This document shows positions 10,581-25,131 of a stretch of DNA of 64,000 nt, one piece after another. A program made the position numbers and the translations under genes. Every line of letters begins with the position of its first letter. Position 1 is the stretch's first letter. Source of the DNA: Chrysomallon squamiferum (Eukaryota > Animalia > Mollusca); NCBI GenBank assembly GCA_012295275.1, contig CM022671.1:7626001-7690000 (forward strand). The letters run 5' to 3'. The notes beneath the pieces are model-generated. The model was not told the origin of the DNA. It saw only the letters and a program-made list of their open reading frames with translations, and did not search any database.

Positions 10581-13500
10581 ACAGGTTAAGAATCTGTGTA
10601 TTATTTTAGAAAATCAGAACAGATAAAATATTTGTATATAACTATTACCACAACTATGTTAGTTACCTTTTTTAGCTATATTAAAACAGTTGTTTTAAAA
10701 TATTAATAACCAAATGGTCATTATTCATCATTTGAACATTTACAGACACCATAAAGTGATTTAAAAAGACAAAGAATAGTTTTTATATAATATGTCAAAG
10801 GAAATGTTCTGCTACCCTTCCTAGAACTACTTACATAAGTAACAAAAAATAGCTGGTTTTATATACCTTCCCATTATTAGTAAAGTATATACTTATCATT
10901 TACAAGGAAACCAGTAATGGTAGTCATGTTTTTTAAATTTAATATTAACATCAACAGTTTATTATTTTTATTGTTTTATTATTGTTATTGTTATTGTTAT
11001 TGTTATTATTACTTCTGAATTTTAAACATATGTGAAGTAGATAATATACAAATATACAGACATCTAACTGGCCAAATATTAAAAGAGTGTGCATTTACAT
11101 TTTTCACTGAAATAGCTTTTTCTGTACATAACATATCACAATAGGTTTGTCACTAATGATTTATAATTTCTATTTAAAGTAGAACTGTTTGAAACAATAA
11201 ATTTGAATTTATTATTATTATTATTTTTAACCTTTTTTTTTTTTTTTTTTTTTTATTGCATGAACTTAAAAGAAATGAATTTTTTTTATTAATGCTTACA
11301 TTTTTTATCTTTGTGTAGATGTATGTATGTATGGAAAATACTGACTTGGTTCTTGGGGAACATATTAAATTGTCTGAATGTTTAATATAAGTTTTATAAC
11401 CATCAGATACATATGGCTATTTTTATAGACAGAGTCCCAAAATTGAAGAAATAAATAATGATGATAAAAATAAAATAAAACAGGGATGACAGTTTATTTA
11501 AAATGAAATGGGTATACATCTGTGTCATGTCAAAATACAACAGAAATACAGTATTTTAAATTTATTTCAGTGATACTTACTCAAGATTTATGCATGTATT
11601 TTCCTGTTGGCAGTCTTAGGAATTTTAAATTTAGAATTCTGTTTTCTATTATTGTTATTGCTGTGTATATTTTGAGTCATGTTTCTTGATCACCTGCATT
11701 TTATTTCTTATAACTGTCAAAGCCTGTCAATGGTTATTTGTTTTGTACATATGTAGGCAGTGGATTTTTTAAAATTTATTTATTTATTGAATAGAAATTC
11801 TCTTATATTTAGATTGTTACTGATGAGCATTTTCATCATTTGTTTGTCCTTCGGATAAGGTTAGAATGGTTGTCACGGTTACAGAAAACCTGATTACAAA
11901 TGCTTCTATGTCTAGCGTTACAGATTGTTGTTACAATTATATAAAATATTAAAGATGCATTTTGCATAAAAATATTCTATAATTTGTGGTATAACTGTAA
12001 AAGCTCTGACCCCAAAAATAACAAAATTAATATTTGTTAACAGTATTAGTACTGATAGTATGTTATAAATTACATACAACAGCAGGCATTATATTTGGAA
12101 CTGGTTGATTATAGTTTTAATTTTTCATGGCTACATCTGAACATGTATTCATGAATATCTGTAATTTGTGTATAATATATTGGATCATATAATAATTAAA
12201 ACATTTCTTATAGTTTGTTTCCATTTCCTTCATAAGATGTACGTGACTGAATATCGGTGGTAAATAGTCACTGAAATACGAATTAAAAGACTAAAAATGT
12301 TCCTATTTTAGTACATACAAACTAAAACTATAAAACATTACTTACTTGTGTATGTTTATGTTTAATAATAGTAGAAATGTATGCACTGAACAGATATTTT
12401 GATTTTTCTTTTATGTTTTTAAATGTCATAGTCATTATGTATTATTGATTATACAGAACAAATGTTACTTCATGTCTATATCTTTACTGTCTTTTGCGTA
12501 GTCAGTTTACCTAATTAGGTCTGAAGTAAAAGCTGGCTTTAATGGCAGCAGTCATAAATAGCACAGAGCTTTGAGATGCATAGGTTGTAAGTCTAGAATA
12601 TACAAATTGATGACACAAGGAAGGATGGGTTTTCTTTTGATTCTTTGTCGTCTGCAATTACCAGATTTATTTAATATCGGTAAAGAAAAGAAAAAGAAAA
12701 ATGAAATAACAAAGGTCTGAAACGCAGACCATATATTGCTTGTTATGATGTCATTGATTTGATAATGTCAGTCTGCTGCAAGGTTAATGAATTCCAGTAA
12801 CATGGTCTGTGTTGTAGTAGATAGATAATTACTGGAATTTACACTGTTGCTGTATTGATCTGACTGAACTAAACATAGTACTTGTGATTTCCATACAGTT
12901 GTGTGTGCATGTTTATTCATTAAATCCTGAAAGGTATTTGTATCCAAGAAGACAACAAAGAGATATTTAAAAAAAAAAAAAAAAAAAGTCTGCATGAAAT
13001 ATGTTGATTGTACACGGTTCTGATGATGTAGGTATTGATATCTTATTTACAAGTTCAACATACATCAGAACTATGCATTTGATATCAAATGTAGATTGAA
13101 TATTTCTGACCTACTAAAGTCATATATGTATTTGTATTTTTTCCTGTATAAACTGAAAATTTCACAGAAAAAATGTAAAAGGTTGTATGTAAACATCACG
13201 TGAAGTTATTTTTGATTGGATCAAAATATAGCTGCTATGGATATGAACCATTCAAAATGAAATCCTGAGAGTAGTGAAAAATGACATGGATGTTCCTGTA
13301 TGTTATGCTTGGTGAAGGTTAGAAGTTGTTTACAAGCAAAAGCCATTATCAAATTGATTAGTTTGAAGAGAATCCACCAAAATAGACAAGAAAACCCAAT
13401 GCAGACATTTTGCATGTATCATACATAGGTTTTACTATAGGACTACATTCTGTCTCTGCAGATCACAATGAATTTAAAAAACATATATTAATAAGATAAT

Positions 13501-16500
13501 AAAATTCAATATCCAGATACAAATTTATATAATCAAGACTTTCAAACTGTTTTTTGAGTAAGAAGGACTATAACTTGTGGTCATCGTGCAAATATTGTTA
13601 TTTACTTGTGAAACTGAGGGCTCAGTGGACCTGAAAGCAGTGTGAGAATTGTCTTGAGGACAGATTTTTAAATAAAATAATAATAGGGTCATTCCATGTC
13701 AAATCACCCAATGGGTTAAACCCGACCATCTCAGATTTTTATGAAACTTGGTACACTTGTTGACTGGGATCCCACAGCACCAAATCTGAAATTTTAGGCC
13801 AATTGGATCAGTGGTGTGGGTTATATGCCCCCCAAAAATTTTTTTTACCACCAACCTTTGAACCAAGTTTCATAAAAATCTGGTCGGGTTTACATTTTTT
13901 TTGGGGGGTGGGGTGATTTGACATGGAATGACCCAATAGCAGATTTTTTCCAAGGTCATTAGTATGGTCTAAAATTTTACTTATCAGTTCTGAAAGAAAA
14001 AAAACTTTTCAAAGTTCTTATTCCTCCATCTTTGACAATTTCTATACAGTAGCTTCTGTTCATCTTTAAGAATTCCTTTCAGTGAATAAAATTAAGTGGC
14101 GATAAGACCAAGTCAAACTATCTCTATGTCCTTAATGTTTCCTAGAGAAGGCCTGTGTTCCTTCATTGGGCTCTAAAATCTTGATGTTTATAAAACTGAT
14201 ATTTTAATTCTTTCTTTCTTTTTACTACAAGTGCTAGGCAAAAGAACCAAACAGCATTGAAAAGATTTTCAGTTTTCATGCAACAAAATCTCATGAATCA
14301 TTATGGCAGCTACTGCTGAGCCAGAATTGTTTCAACTGGAGATTTTGACTTGTGTTCTGAAATCAGAACACATGAAAATCTTCACAAGTTTTGACAAAAT
14401 TGTTGGGTCTAGATTGAAATCACCCAGCATTAAGCCATATGTACAGATTAATTTAGTCTCCAGGAATATTCAGACTATCAAAGCTGCTGTTTGTGTCAAG
14501 TTTAGACGAAAGCCCTGCTGTCTATTAATGAAATGTCTCAGTCCTGAAATAGTTTTGATTTCTGAATTTGGGTTTTTTGGTATATATAAGATACTTTAAG
14601 GAATGAACCTAAATTTAAGTATAAAAATCATTTATGTTTCATATATAGCTTGTCTATACAAAACCTGAAGATAATTTTAAAGACTTTATAATAACATTTT
14701 TTGCTTGAAAATAATTGGTATACTATTAAGTTATTAACCAAACAGAAAAAGATGATTATGCTACCATGTCTATTTATAAAAAGTTTGTATTTTGTAATTT
14801 CATACTCAAGATGCATAGACAGAATTGAGGGATAGGTAATCATTTTATTCACACACATACATGCACACACACACTTATAAGATATTTACTAAATCAGTTT
14901 ACATTACAGAAGAGGAATGATTCTGTATTTTATCCCTTTTCGTAGACAGACTGATTAATGCTTAACCTTTTCTTTTTTCATTTTCCTTTTTTAAAAATAA
15001 TTACCCTGATTACAGAAGTAATGTGACAAAGAATTAATCTAGTGAAGTTATAAGCTTTTATAAGTATAGATCAATAATAGCCTTTCCCTCTATTTTTACA
15101 ACTGCTAGAATCACTACATTAAGCTAAACCCACTTCCTTCTTTTGGTCACACACTGATTTAAACATTTTATTTTTGTTTTGTTCCTGTTTCAGTTTTGTA
15201 GTGTGACAGTTTACATTAAAGAACATACATTAAAGGTTCATTTTACAATCTCCAGTAAAAAGCGGGCAGTGATCACAATTTCATGTCACTGTTTCTTTTT
15301 ATGTAGAAAAAACATTCTTAATATCAAATAACATTATTAACTACTCTAAGTGTCCATTAAAACAGATCACATTTAGAAGAGTAGTAAAAGACTTTTATTT
15401 TTCATCTATAATTAAATGGGGAATAGATTGTATTTTTGGATTAGAATACATAAAAAAAAAAAAAAAGGCAACTGACACAAGAATGAACACCATAAAACAC
15501 TTCTACATAAATATAAAATTATTTTATTTCATTTCATTATTCTGTTGATCTTGTTATTCACTTCTCTATATGAGACTGGAAAATAACAAATTCTGCTGTT
15601 AGAAAAAATTAAAGGGAGGTTTCAAAAGTTCTTTTACCATTGTTTTTTTTTCATCCCAACCACAAAAAACCCCCAAACAACACTAATAATAATAACTGAA
15701 AATAATTCTTAAATAAGACCTTTTTTTGGAGGAGGGGTTAAAAGGGGACAAATCTGGTTTGATTGATAACTCGGCTTTCATTAAGGAAAAGCATCATTAT
15801 TCATGACAGAAAACCAGACTGTGGCAGCCAGGTCTTTTTGTTTTTTGGAAGTGGTTTGCAATCTGCTTTTTTCTGTTGGGAAAGCCGCAGCACCCATTTT
15901 ACTAAAACAGTGCGTTATTGATTTTCTGATCCTCAGATTTGTGTCGCGAGCACAGCCAGGTCATGTAGATGGTACTTGGAAGACAGTAACTAGCTGTGCA
16001 GCCTTCTGGTCGTGATAGCTTGTTTTCAGTGATCAACAGGTGCTTTTGAAACAAGGACGGACATTAATTTAGACAAGCTCTGAGATGATCACTTCAGAAA
16101 TAATCCTCAACGTGATCATTGTAATTAGCTTTTTCTCAGTTTGCTGTGGGTTTATGTGTACTTTGGAATGGATCAGATAACAAACGGAAAAATAGAAAAT
16201 CCTGAAGAACTTTTTTTTTTTTTTTTTTTTTTAATTTTTTTTTTTTTTTTTTTGTAGATAAATAACGTAGATAAATAACCAAACAAACAAATTAAAAAAA
16301 TAAAGCCAATGAATGCCAATATACAGCAGACAGAAGATCTGATTTTAAAATAAAATATATAATTATTGGTATGCAGTAAATAAAAAGAAAATCAGATATG
16401 TATAAGGTGCCAATTCATTTTATTTTAAAATCAGATCTTCTGTCTGCTGTATATTGACATTCATTGGCTTTATTTTTTAAATTTCTGTTTGTAACATTAT

Positions 16501-19500
16501 TTATCTATCTTATTTTATCTGCTTTGCAGCCTATTGTCACATGAATATGTAACATTCTGAATGTGGGTAAAATTGATATTACACTGAATATATGTTTTAA
16601 AAATATATAAAATTCACTGTTGTCTAAAAGATGACATTTTTTTAATCATTAAAAGAATATAATATTGTTGCAAGTATTTAAAACTTCTGTGTGTGCTTAC
16701 ATTTTTTGTTTTACAGTTTATTTGTTTATATAGATACCCTTGCTTTTAATTTAAAGGATTTTTTACTAGAGAATAGATGTAACTTTTGTATGTATGGATT
16801 CTGTCTGCAGAAATTGTGGTAATTTATCATTCTTCAGTGTGGTCAAAGAAAAAAATAATTTCAAAAAAATGAAAGTACTTGAAATGGTGTCTGATACATT
16901 AAGATTCATTCAGTATAAATGCAGAAAGAAGAACAGTTGGATAACTGTCTGGAATCAGTAATTTGAATTAATTATGCAAATTTATTAATAGAGTTAAGTA
17001 TAAACTGACACATTTAGCTATTGGTTTCCATGATTTATGTCTCATCATTTATGTTTTAATGTTTTTATATTGAGTAAAACATATGAACAAACATAATGAT
17101 ATTTATCAGAAAAGAGAACAGTTCTGAGTAAATAATTTTTTAAGTTATTCATTTCAATTTTTAATATATATAAATACTTTTCAATTTAATAATTGAAAAA
17201 TCCATCTGATATATTTGTGGAACATTGAATAAAAGGTCAGAAATATATTTGAAAATGTATCCCTTTTAAAAATTTAATAATAAAGATGAAAAAACTGCAT
17301 ATATAAATAATATATTCTGTGTGTGTGTGTGTGTGTGTGTGTGAAGTACAATCTGCTGTAAATGCAAATTACAAATCTTAGAAATTACAATCAAAAGAAA
17401 GAAAACCATAGTGTGTTCTACTTTTTAAAATGTTTATTTATAATTGATGTTAACTGTCGTGTTGGAAGAATATCAAGAAGCATATGTTTAATGAACGTTG
17501 CTTCTTCGTTACGTGACTGACAAATGAGGATGCAGAATGTCAATCTCTAATTAGAATCCTGCTTGTAGAATTAATTGGGAATTGTATCGTGTCCTTGCCA
17601 TATGACAAGAATAGACTGTGTCCACTGGGCACAGCACTACAGTTGTGATTCTGCTTGCTTGTATTGAATTTCTCAGTATTGATCTAGCTACGAAATAACA
17701 AGCAAAGAGGTTATGCACATGACATGTTTGAAGATTTAAGATCTTCTTGCTTTCTAATGGTATATTTGACACGAGTGATGGATAACATATGATAGTGATA
17801 CATAATGGTATTATGTACTAGAGAAAACAACTCCAGACCTCATGATTTTCAGTAATCTGTCACGTGTGAAGCAAAATAGACAACAAATGTAAACTATATA
17901 ATGTATTTTAATTTCAGACTGTCATCTGTTATTGGATTTAGGTCTATAGCCTGTTAGTTGAATTTGATTATTCTTGAGTATTTATAATGAGACGTGAAGC
18001 CATTTTACATTTTATAGTTGAATGTTTCACGACGTCTTTTGACAGAAAACAAATTGAGTTTTTCAGATTTTTATTTACCATTACTTTTATTACCATTTTA
18101 AAATAAGGTGGTTTTAAAAAAAAAAAAAAAAAAAAACTGTATTTTATTTATTTTAAAAAGAAATATAATGCAACAAGGCTTGTATGTTGGCCTATTTGAC
18201 CAGATTTGAATTAAAAAAATTTAAATTGTATTTCGCAAATGTTACAACTGTACAGTTTGTGAGTTGGCTGGATTCATAACAGATTGCTGAACTATATTTC
18301 TGCCATTTTGAAAAACAGACATGAGTTAATATAAATCAGGACAGACGTCATTAATACGAGAAAAAGGTGCTAATTGTGTTGTTAACAAGCAGATTAAAAA
18401 AAAAAAAAAAAAAAAAAAAGTACAACGGAACCAAGAAAATAAATAATCTCTAGGAATTGCATCAACGACACTGCTAGAACAAGATCAAAATAGAATAATC
18501 ATCAGCAGTTTTTCCTTATATTGGCTTGGCTACATTTGCTTATTCAGTACGTGTTGATCGCATGTTTGGCTCTGATGGATATTGTGTTCATGTAACTCTT
18601 TATTTGGAGCTGTAGATCGTCAAGCTGTCCCTCGTGGCTTTCTAAAATGTTTCCTAATCAAGTATGTTATGGCCAGCCATGGGATCCAAGGATAATGTAC
18701 AATCACCATTACTGGAAAAGGTAGAGATATAATTCTTTTAAGATTGATTTAATGTTGTTTCTAATGCTAGACTTAACGATGTATGTACCGCTTAATTAAT
18801 GTCTTGTAGCGACTGTGTTAGCAGTGAAGGGATAAAATGAATGACGGAGAGTTAAATGTACATTTTCATGTCAGATTGATTGTGTTAATAATTTATAGAT
18901 GACCAGTTGGGGGTGGGAGATTGTTTTATATGTCATTCTGTCTGAGTGCGTGATGTTATCAGATTTATTCTGTGAATTCTGTAACTTAGTATTTACGACA
19001 CTGTTGTTGTTTTGAATATTGATTGAACCATAAGCAAAAATGTATTGTAACTACGATGTTATTTTTATATTTGTCTATATTTTGCGTGGAGGGATTGTTT
19101 ACTGAAATTCATTCTTCTATTGAGCTCTTATTTTGTGTGTCTGTTTTGTCGTATAGAAATATTTTTAAGTATCATTTTTCTCTGAATAATCTCTTTAAAC
19201 TTCTACATTTTTCATGTAATGTTAATGTAAGTAAATTAGAAAAAACCCTCAAAAAAACAAATATTTATTGACTGCTTTTAGAAGTTGAATTTAATTCTTA
19301 ATTTAAAAAATTCAACTTAAATTTACATTAAGCAGGATAAATAATATTCCTGTATTTAAGAATAAAAGGAATGTGATTGATTTAATGAGTAACATTTTTT
19401 ATAGCAGATTAGAATCATATAATGTATTTTAATTGTGTGTGGTTGTTTTGTGGTTGTTGTTTTTGCTCTCTTTTTCTGTTTGATATAAACCCCCCTTTTT

Positions 19501-19790
19501 TTTCTTTTCTGGAAGATATAAGTTAAATCAGATCTGTCAACAAATCCATTGATTTAGAAAAAAAACACCAAACCTTCAACATGTTTTTAAAAAAACCTGA
19601 TTTTTTTAATAGAATGGCATTATGAATATACAATTTACTTTTTTTTTTTATATATATATATAAGCAGATTTTTAAAAAAAATTTGCTCAGACTTGTGCTT
19701 TGGTTAATTATCATCATCTAATTTATTTTTGTTGGTCATTTATTTATTTTTATTAAGTATTTCTTTTAATAATTACATATATAAGTACTA

Positions 19791-19828
<38 letters not shown>

Positions 19829-22800
19829 CAGAAGTAAAATGGACAGCCTAATCTGCCATGACATTCTGAGACCAGGTTTCACAGTATTTTGCAAACTGTA
19901 CATTTGTCACAGGACTTCCACCTACACCAGCTTGATGTAACTGTAACCATCATGTTGACATTTACAACAGCTGGTTCTGAAGAAAAATTACAGCACTCAG
20001 GTGTCTGTGTTCATTGTAATTAGAGAAAACTAATTAAGGTGCCTTTGTATCAGGTGATGCATCATGAACGTAATTAAAGAAAGAAAAATAACGGAGAAAG
20101 ACTGCAGATACAGAAACTAACCAAGAACACTTTTTTGTATCATGTTGTTATGTTTCAGTAAAAATATAATTACCAGCAAAAAGAAAGACAGCTTCGGGGA
20201 GGGGGGGTGGAAAAAATAATGAAAAGAATAATAAGACTATTTATTTTTGTTTTAAAATTGTAATTATATGCTTCATAAATATACTAGTTTTGGAAATAAC
20301 AGAGAAATAAGAATCAGTGGGGTTTTTTGTTTCAATTTTTTGGTGATCATGATCGTGTATTATAAACCTAATTAACTGGGAAGAAAACAAACAGAAATAG
20401 TAGATGACAACGAAAGATATAGAAAATTGAGCAGAGTTCTTTTGTTTCATGGTGCTTTGTTTCCTGTGATATGGTACGGGACATAATTAACTACTGAAGA
20501 AAGACAAACAGTGGAACATCATTTAATATAGTTTAATTTTGTTTGATGTTTTGTTTTAGATGATATTCATAGCTAAACACACACACACACACACACACAC
20601 ATATAAATATATATATGTACATACATACATACATACATACATACATACATACATACATACATACATACATGCACGCATTCATACATAATATAAATAAAAG
20701 AAAATATGAAAAAGAATAAAAATGAATATGGAGAAGTCTCTTTCAAACCAAATAAACAGCAAACCAAATATGAATAGTAATAATGGATTTTTGTTTCTCA
20801 TTGTAAAAAAAAAAAAAAAATTTAAATTCATAAACATACTTGAATAGAAATAAAAAAAAAAAAAAAACAATACTTTAATAGAGAAGAATGTAACAAATCA
20901 ATAATTAATGGGATTTTTTTGTATTTTTTTTTTTTTTTTTTGTTTCATTTTGTTATTGTTCTTGTATTTAGAAAAAGAAAAGAAAATCTTTAATTCATTA
21001 TTTTTCTTTCTTTCCAATGTGTGTCTGTGATTGATATATATGTGTATGTGTGTGGGCAGGTTCATATATTATATATGAACTACACACACATTCCTTTATG
21101 GGGAAAAAAAGAAAAATAACAAATTTCTTTTTTTTTTTTTTTTTTTTTGTTATGTTTCATATAACATTTTATGATAAACAGAAATATTTTGGACTGAATG
21201 AAAGAAAAAAAAACGAAGAAGCAAATAAGTATTTTTTACGTATTTTGTTATGTTTCAAAACAAATAATGGATAAAAATATACTTTATTGAAAATAAAATA
21301 CAAAAGTCAAGAAAGGTAATTGATTAATGGATTATTTTTTTTGTATTCTGTTTCAAAATAATAATAATAATAATAATAATATTGGAAAATGATAAATATA
21401 AAACCTTGAAAAAATAAAAATGATAATAATATAAAATAAAAAAAAAAATAAAAAAAAAATAAAAAAATAAATAGAACACAATAAAGAAGAAAATAACAGA
21501 ACAAAATTTAAAATAAATACTAGAACCTAACAGAAAAAAAATTCAGATAAATGTAAATTTACTTTTATACATTATGGTAATTTATCATCAAGATAACTAA
21601 CTGTAAAACAAAACAAAAAATTAAATAAATAAAAACATAAAAAAAATAAATAAAAATAAAATTAAATTGAAATAAATTACACTGTGAGAGAACTAATTGG
21701 TGTCTTTCTGCTTTACCCTGTTGTGCATTCAGATAATATATCAAATGCAGAAGTAATTAGAAAACAAAAATATAACCAAAATACCAAAAAAAATTATCAA
21801 AAAAAAAAAAAAAAAGAAGAAGAAGAAAAAATAAGAGAACCTTTTGCTGAAATCAGTGCATGCATACTAGGTTTTTTATTTGTGTTTTTGAAAAATATTT
21901 ATAATTACAGGTTTCAAATAACCAAAGTGGGGGAGAAAATATAGTTTTATGTTTATTTGTTTTTTTCTTCATTGCAATAATTTCAGCGCCATTGTCTTGA
22001 AATTGTATCTCTATTTTATTGATTAATCTTGTAGAAGGTTTTTCAATAGTCAGGAATTCATCTTTCATTAACTGAATTTGTAATTTTTTTGGCATCCATA
22101 TTTTGCACATCATTTAACAGTATTATTGGGATATGTCCATTTTATTTTATTTTTATTAAATAAAATGATTTTTGATTATCCTCCATTATTTCAATAAAAT
22201 ATTAACTGGTATATAAAACAAATGTTACTTTTGGGTTCTTCTTAGAGAAGATGAATATAGGGTAAAATATGGTGATTAGTTGTGTTTTTTTGTGTTTTTT
22301 TTTTTTTATATATAAATAAAATAATTAAAGACAGAATCATTCATGGGAGAATCAAGTTATTATTTAATATACGTTTAAATTATATATATATATATATATA
22401 TTTACATATATTTTTATTCATATTAAACAATATACTATTAATGACACAAGTTACATTGCCTAATAACATAAAAAAAACAAAACAAGGCAGAATAGTTTTT
22501 AACCGTATATACCCATGGAATCGAATAGAAAAGCGAAGCCATGCAAGTGGACAAGTTTGTTACATACTATAGTATTTTCTTGTAAAAGGATATTATGGAT
22601 GGTCAAACAGAACTGGAATTATTTGAATATATCGACAGTTGAAGGCAGTGTATTTATGGACTATAATTATTAATGCACATATATTAAAAGTTTGTAATTA
22701 TTTTAAATACAAAAACTAGATAATCTTAAGATTACATATATATTAAAATTAGTATGTTAATAAAATATCAGTTGTTAATATACATAACAGAAATGTAGCT

Positions 22801-23023
22801 AATGAAACAAACTTTCATAGATGTTGATTATTCATCTTTATACATAACAGAAATGTTATTATTATTATTATTATTACTATTATTATTATTTTTTTTATTA
22901 TTATTATTATTTTTAGGTGGGGTTCATTTGAGTATGATTATTTTAATTAATGTATTCTTTTTTAAATTAAAATTTACATTTAAACATACACTGATTACAA
23001 TACTTTTTTCAATGGATTTGTGC

Positions 23024-23088
<65 letters not shown>

Positions 23089-25096
23089 GTTGTTTTTTCT
23101 CTGTATTTTTAACCATGTAATCCCTTTTGATGTACATTTATTAATTTGGCATACATAAACAACATGTACTGTATTTTGAAAAACACAGTTGCAAATTAAC
23201 TTTATTTGTACTGCGCCTGTGTTTCATTAACAGTATTTTTCAAAGTTAATGAAGATTTGTAATCCAGTGTCTACATACACATGTATATCCATTAAATATC
23301 AACTGAATAAATAAAACCAGGCACTGCTGTAACTGGAAATTATCTATTACTTTTAACTTGTAAGATCACAGTTGCTATGCATTGTGAAGCTTACAAGGTA
23401 AATTCCATGGAAGCATTGTTAAAACTTTTTTTAATAATGACAAAACATTTCAATTCAAATTACTGTTTCTCTATTTCATAGAAGAAAAAATGAGATGAAA
23501 TTTGAAAAATATATTACATTGTGACTTACGGTAATGAATTGTATTAACAGATACAGTTTCCATCCAGTTGTTTTGCTTATATACATGAATGTTCACTAAT
23601 GATAAAGATTAACAATAAAATAAAACCAGCCAGAAAGGATTTCCAGTTTTCTTAAAAATGATGGTTTAAATGTTATTTTTTTTTTTAATAATAAAAATAA
23701 TAATAGCTGGCTTGTAAAGTTGTATCAACTAATCAAGAATCTGTTTTTATTTATTTTATTTTATTTTACATTTTTGTGAAATAAAATCACAGTATCAGAG
23801 AAAATGGTAGCTTCTGTGTATTGAGTTTATTGTCATTCTTTATTATGTTTCAGGAGATGTTGGTTACTAGGAAGTATACAAAATACATTTAAGCTATTTG
23901 TATTAAACAGCAATGGCAGTTTAAAATGGTCTTTATTAAAAAACTTAGTGTAACTATAACAGCATAGACAGTTTGTTTTAAAAATTTTTAAAAATGTATT
24001 TATTTGAAACTTGGTAATATGATCTTAGATTGTAACTCTTTTGTTGTCATATTGATAGCAATAAAAAGGTTATCTAAAAGAAAGAAAAAAATCATTTTAT
24101 TTGTTTACTTTTTTTAAATTGAAAATGTGGATATCATATTGTTTAGCTCAGCAGGCAGTTTTTCAGTTAAAATTAGAGGATTATTTTAAAATGGATATAA
24201 TACAGCTTAATTATAATATTGTAAAAAATTTGACTAAAAGCAGTATACAAATTTCATAATTCATAAAGTTAGTCTTGAAAATATACTGATAAAAATGATA
24301 ATCTGAAAATAATTATATTATTTAATTAAATATTTTTTTTTTTTTTTTTTTCTTCTTCAGAGGACCGCCACCCGAGGCGGGATCCCCATACAAACGGGTG
24401 CGGCCAACATCTCCCCACCATGTCCAGAGACCTGCCCAGTATCAGTACCCACAGGAACAGGCTGCCAGATATGGCATGAACCCACCATTTCATGTAATAA
24501 GCAGAAATCCTTACCAGGTATGTGAATGAAGAACAATATATATATGTGTGTGTGTGTATATAATTTAGTATATTTCAGATATATTTACTATTCAATAAAA
24601 ATCAAATTTACTATGGGAGTACAATTAACAGAATGAATAAATTGCCTAAACATGTTTAATTTTATTCCACATAATTTATTTACCAGTTGATTGATATCAA
24701 ACTTTGCTAATAATATTTTTAATTAACAAAATTCATATACTTGGAGCATTTCATCTTTGCCTAATATTTTGGGTAATTTTAAAGAAAAAAAAAATTATTT
24801 TAACTTTAAGAAATCAGTCATTTGAATGGAAAATATTTCTTGATAAAATCCATATTTTTAAATTAACAGTATTCATGTACTAGGAGCATTTCATGTTTAT
24901 TTAATCTTTTTTTTTTGTTATTTATATATTATTAAAAAAAAAAAAAATTATAAATTGAATTTTAAGGGGGGAAAAAAGAACAAAAAAGCTCCTGATAAAA
25001 GAAAATATTTCCTAATAAAATCCATTACACAAATATTTTTTTTAACATAAAAGTATTCATATGCTTTGAGCATTTCATGTTTATTTAATATTATTA

Positions 25097-25131
<35 letters not shown>

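Noticed and set aside
11813-11859. AG...AAG|GTTAGA cassette-like segment in intron 1
   Set aside because: Contains an in-frame stop, has no homology, and such signals are expected by chance in a 15-kb intron
13015-13110. TGATGA...CTGA pair suggesting a C/D-box snoRNA
   Set aside because: C box lacks the leading purine, there is no terminal stem beyond 2 bp, and no evident rRNA antisense guide
14280-14600. Minus-strand peptide MLGDFNLD (about 14430-14407) resembling a LINE APE-endonuclease motif, and plus-strand ORF 14303..14599
   Set aside because: Single short motif flanked by stops, spacing to other APE motifs does not fit, and no RT nearby; the plus-strand ORF has no recognisable homology
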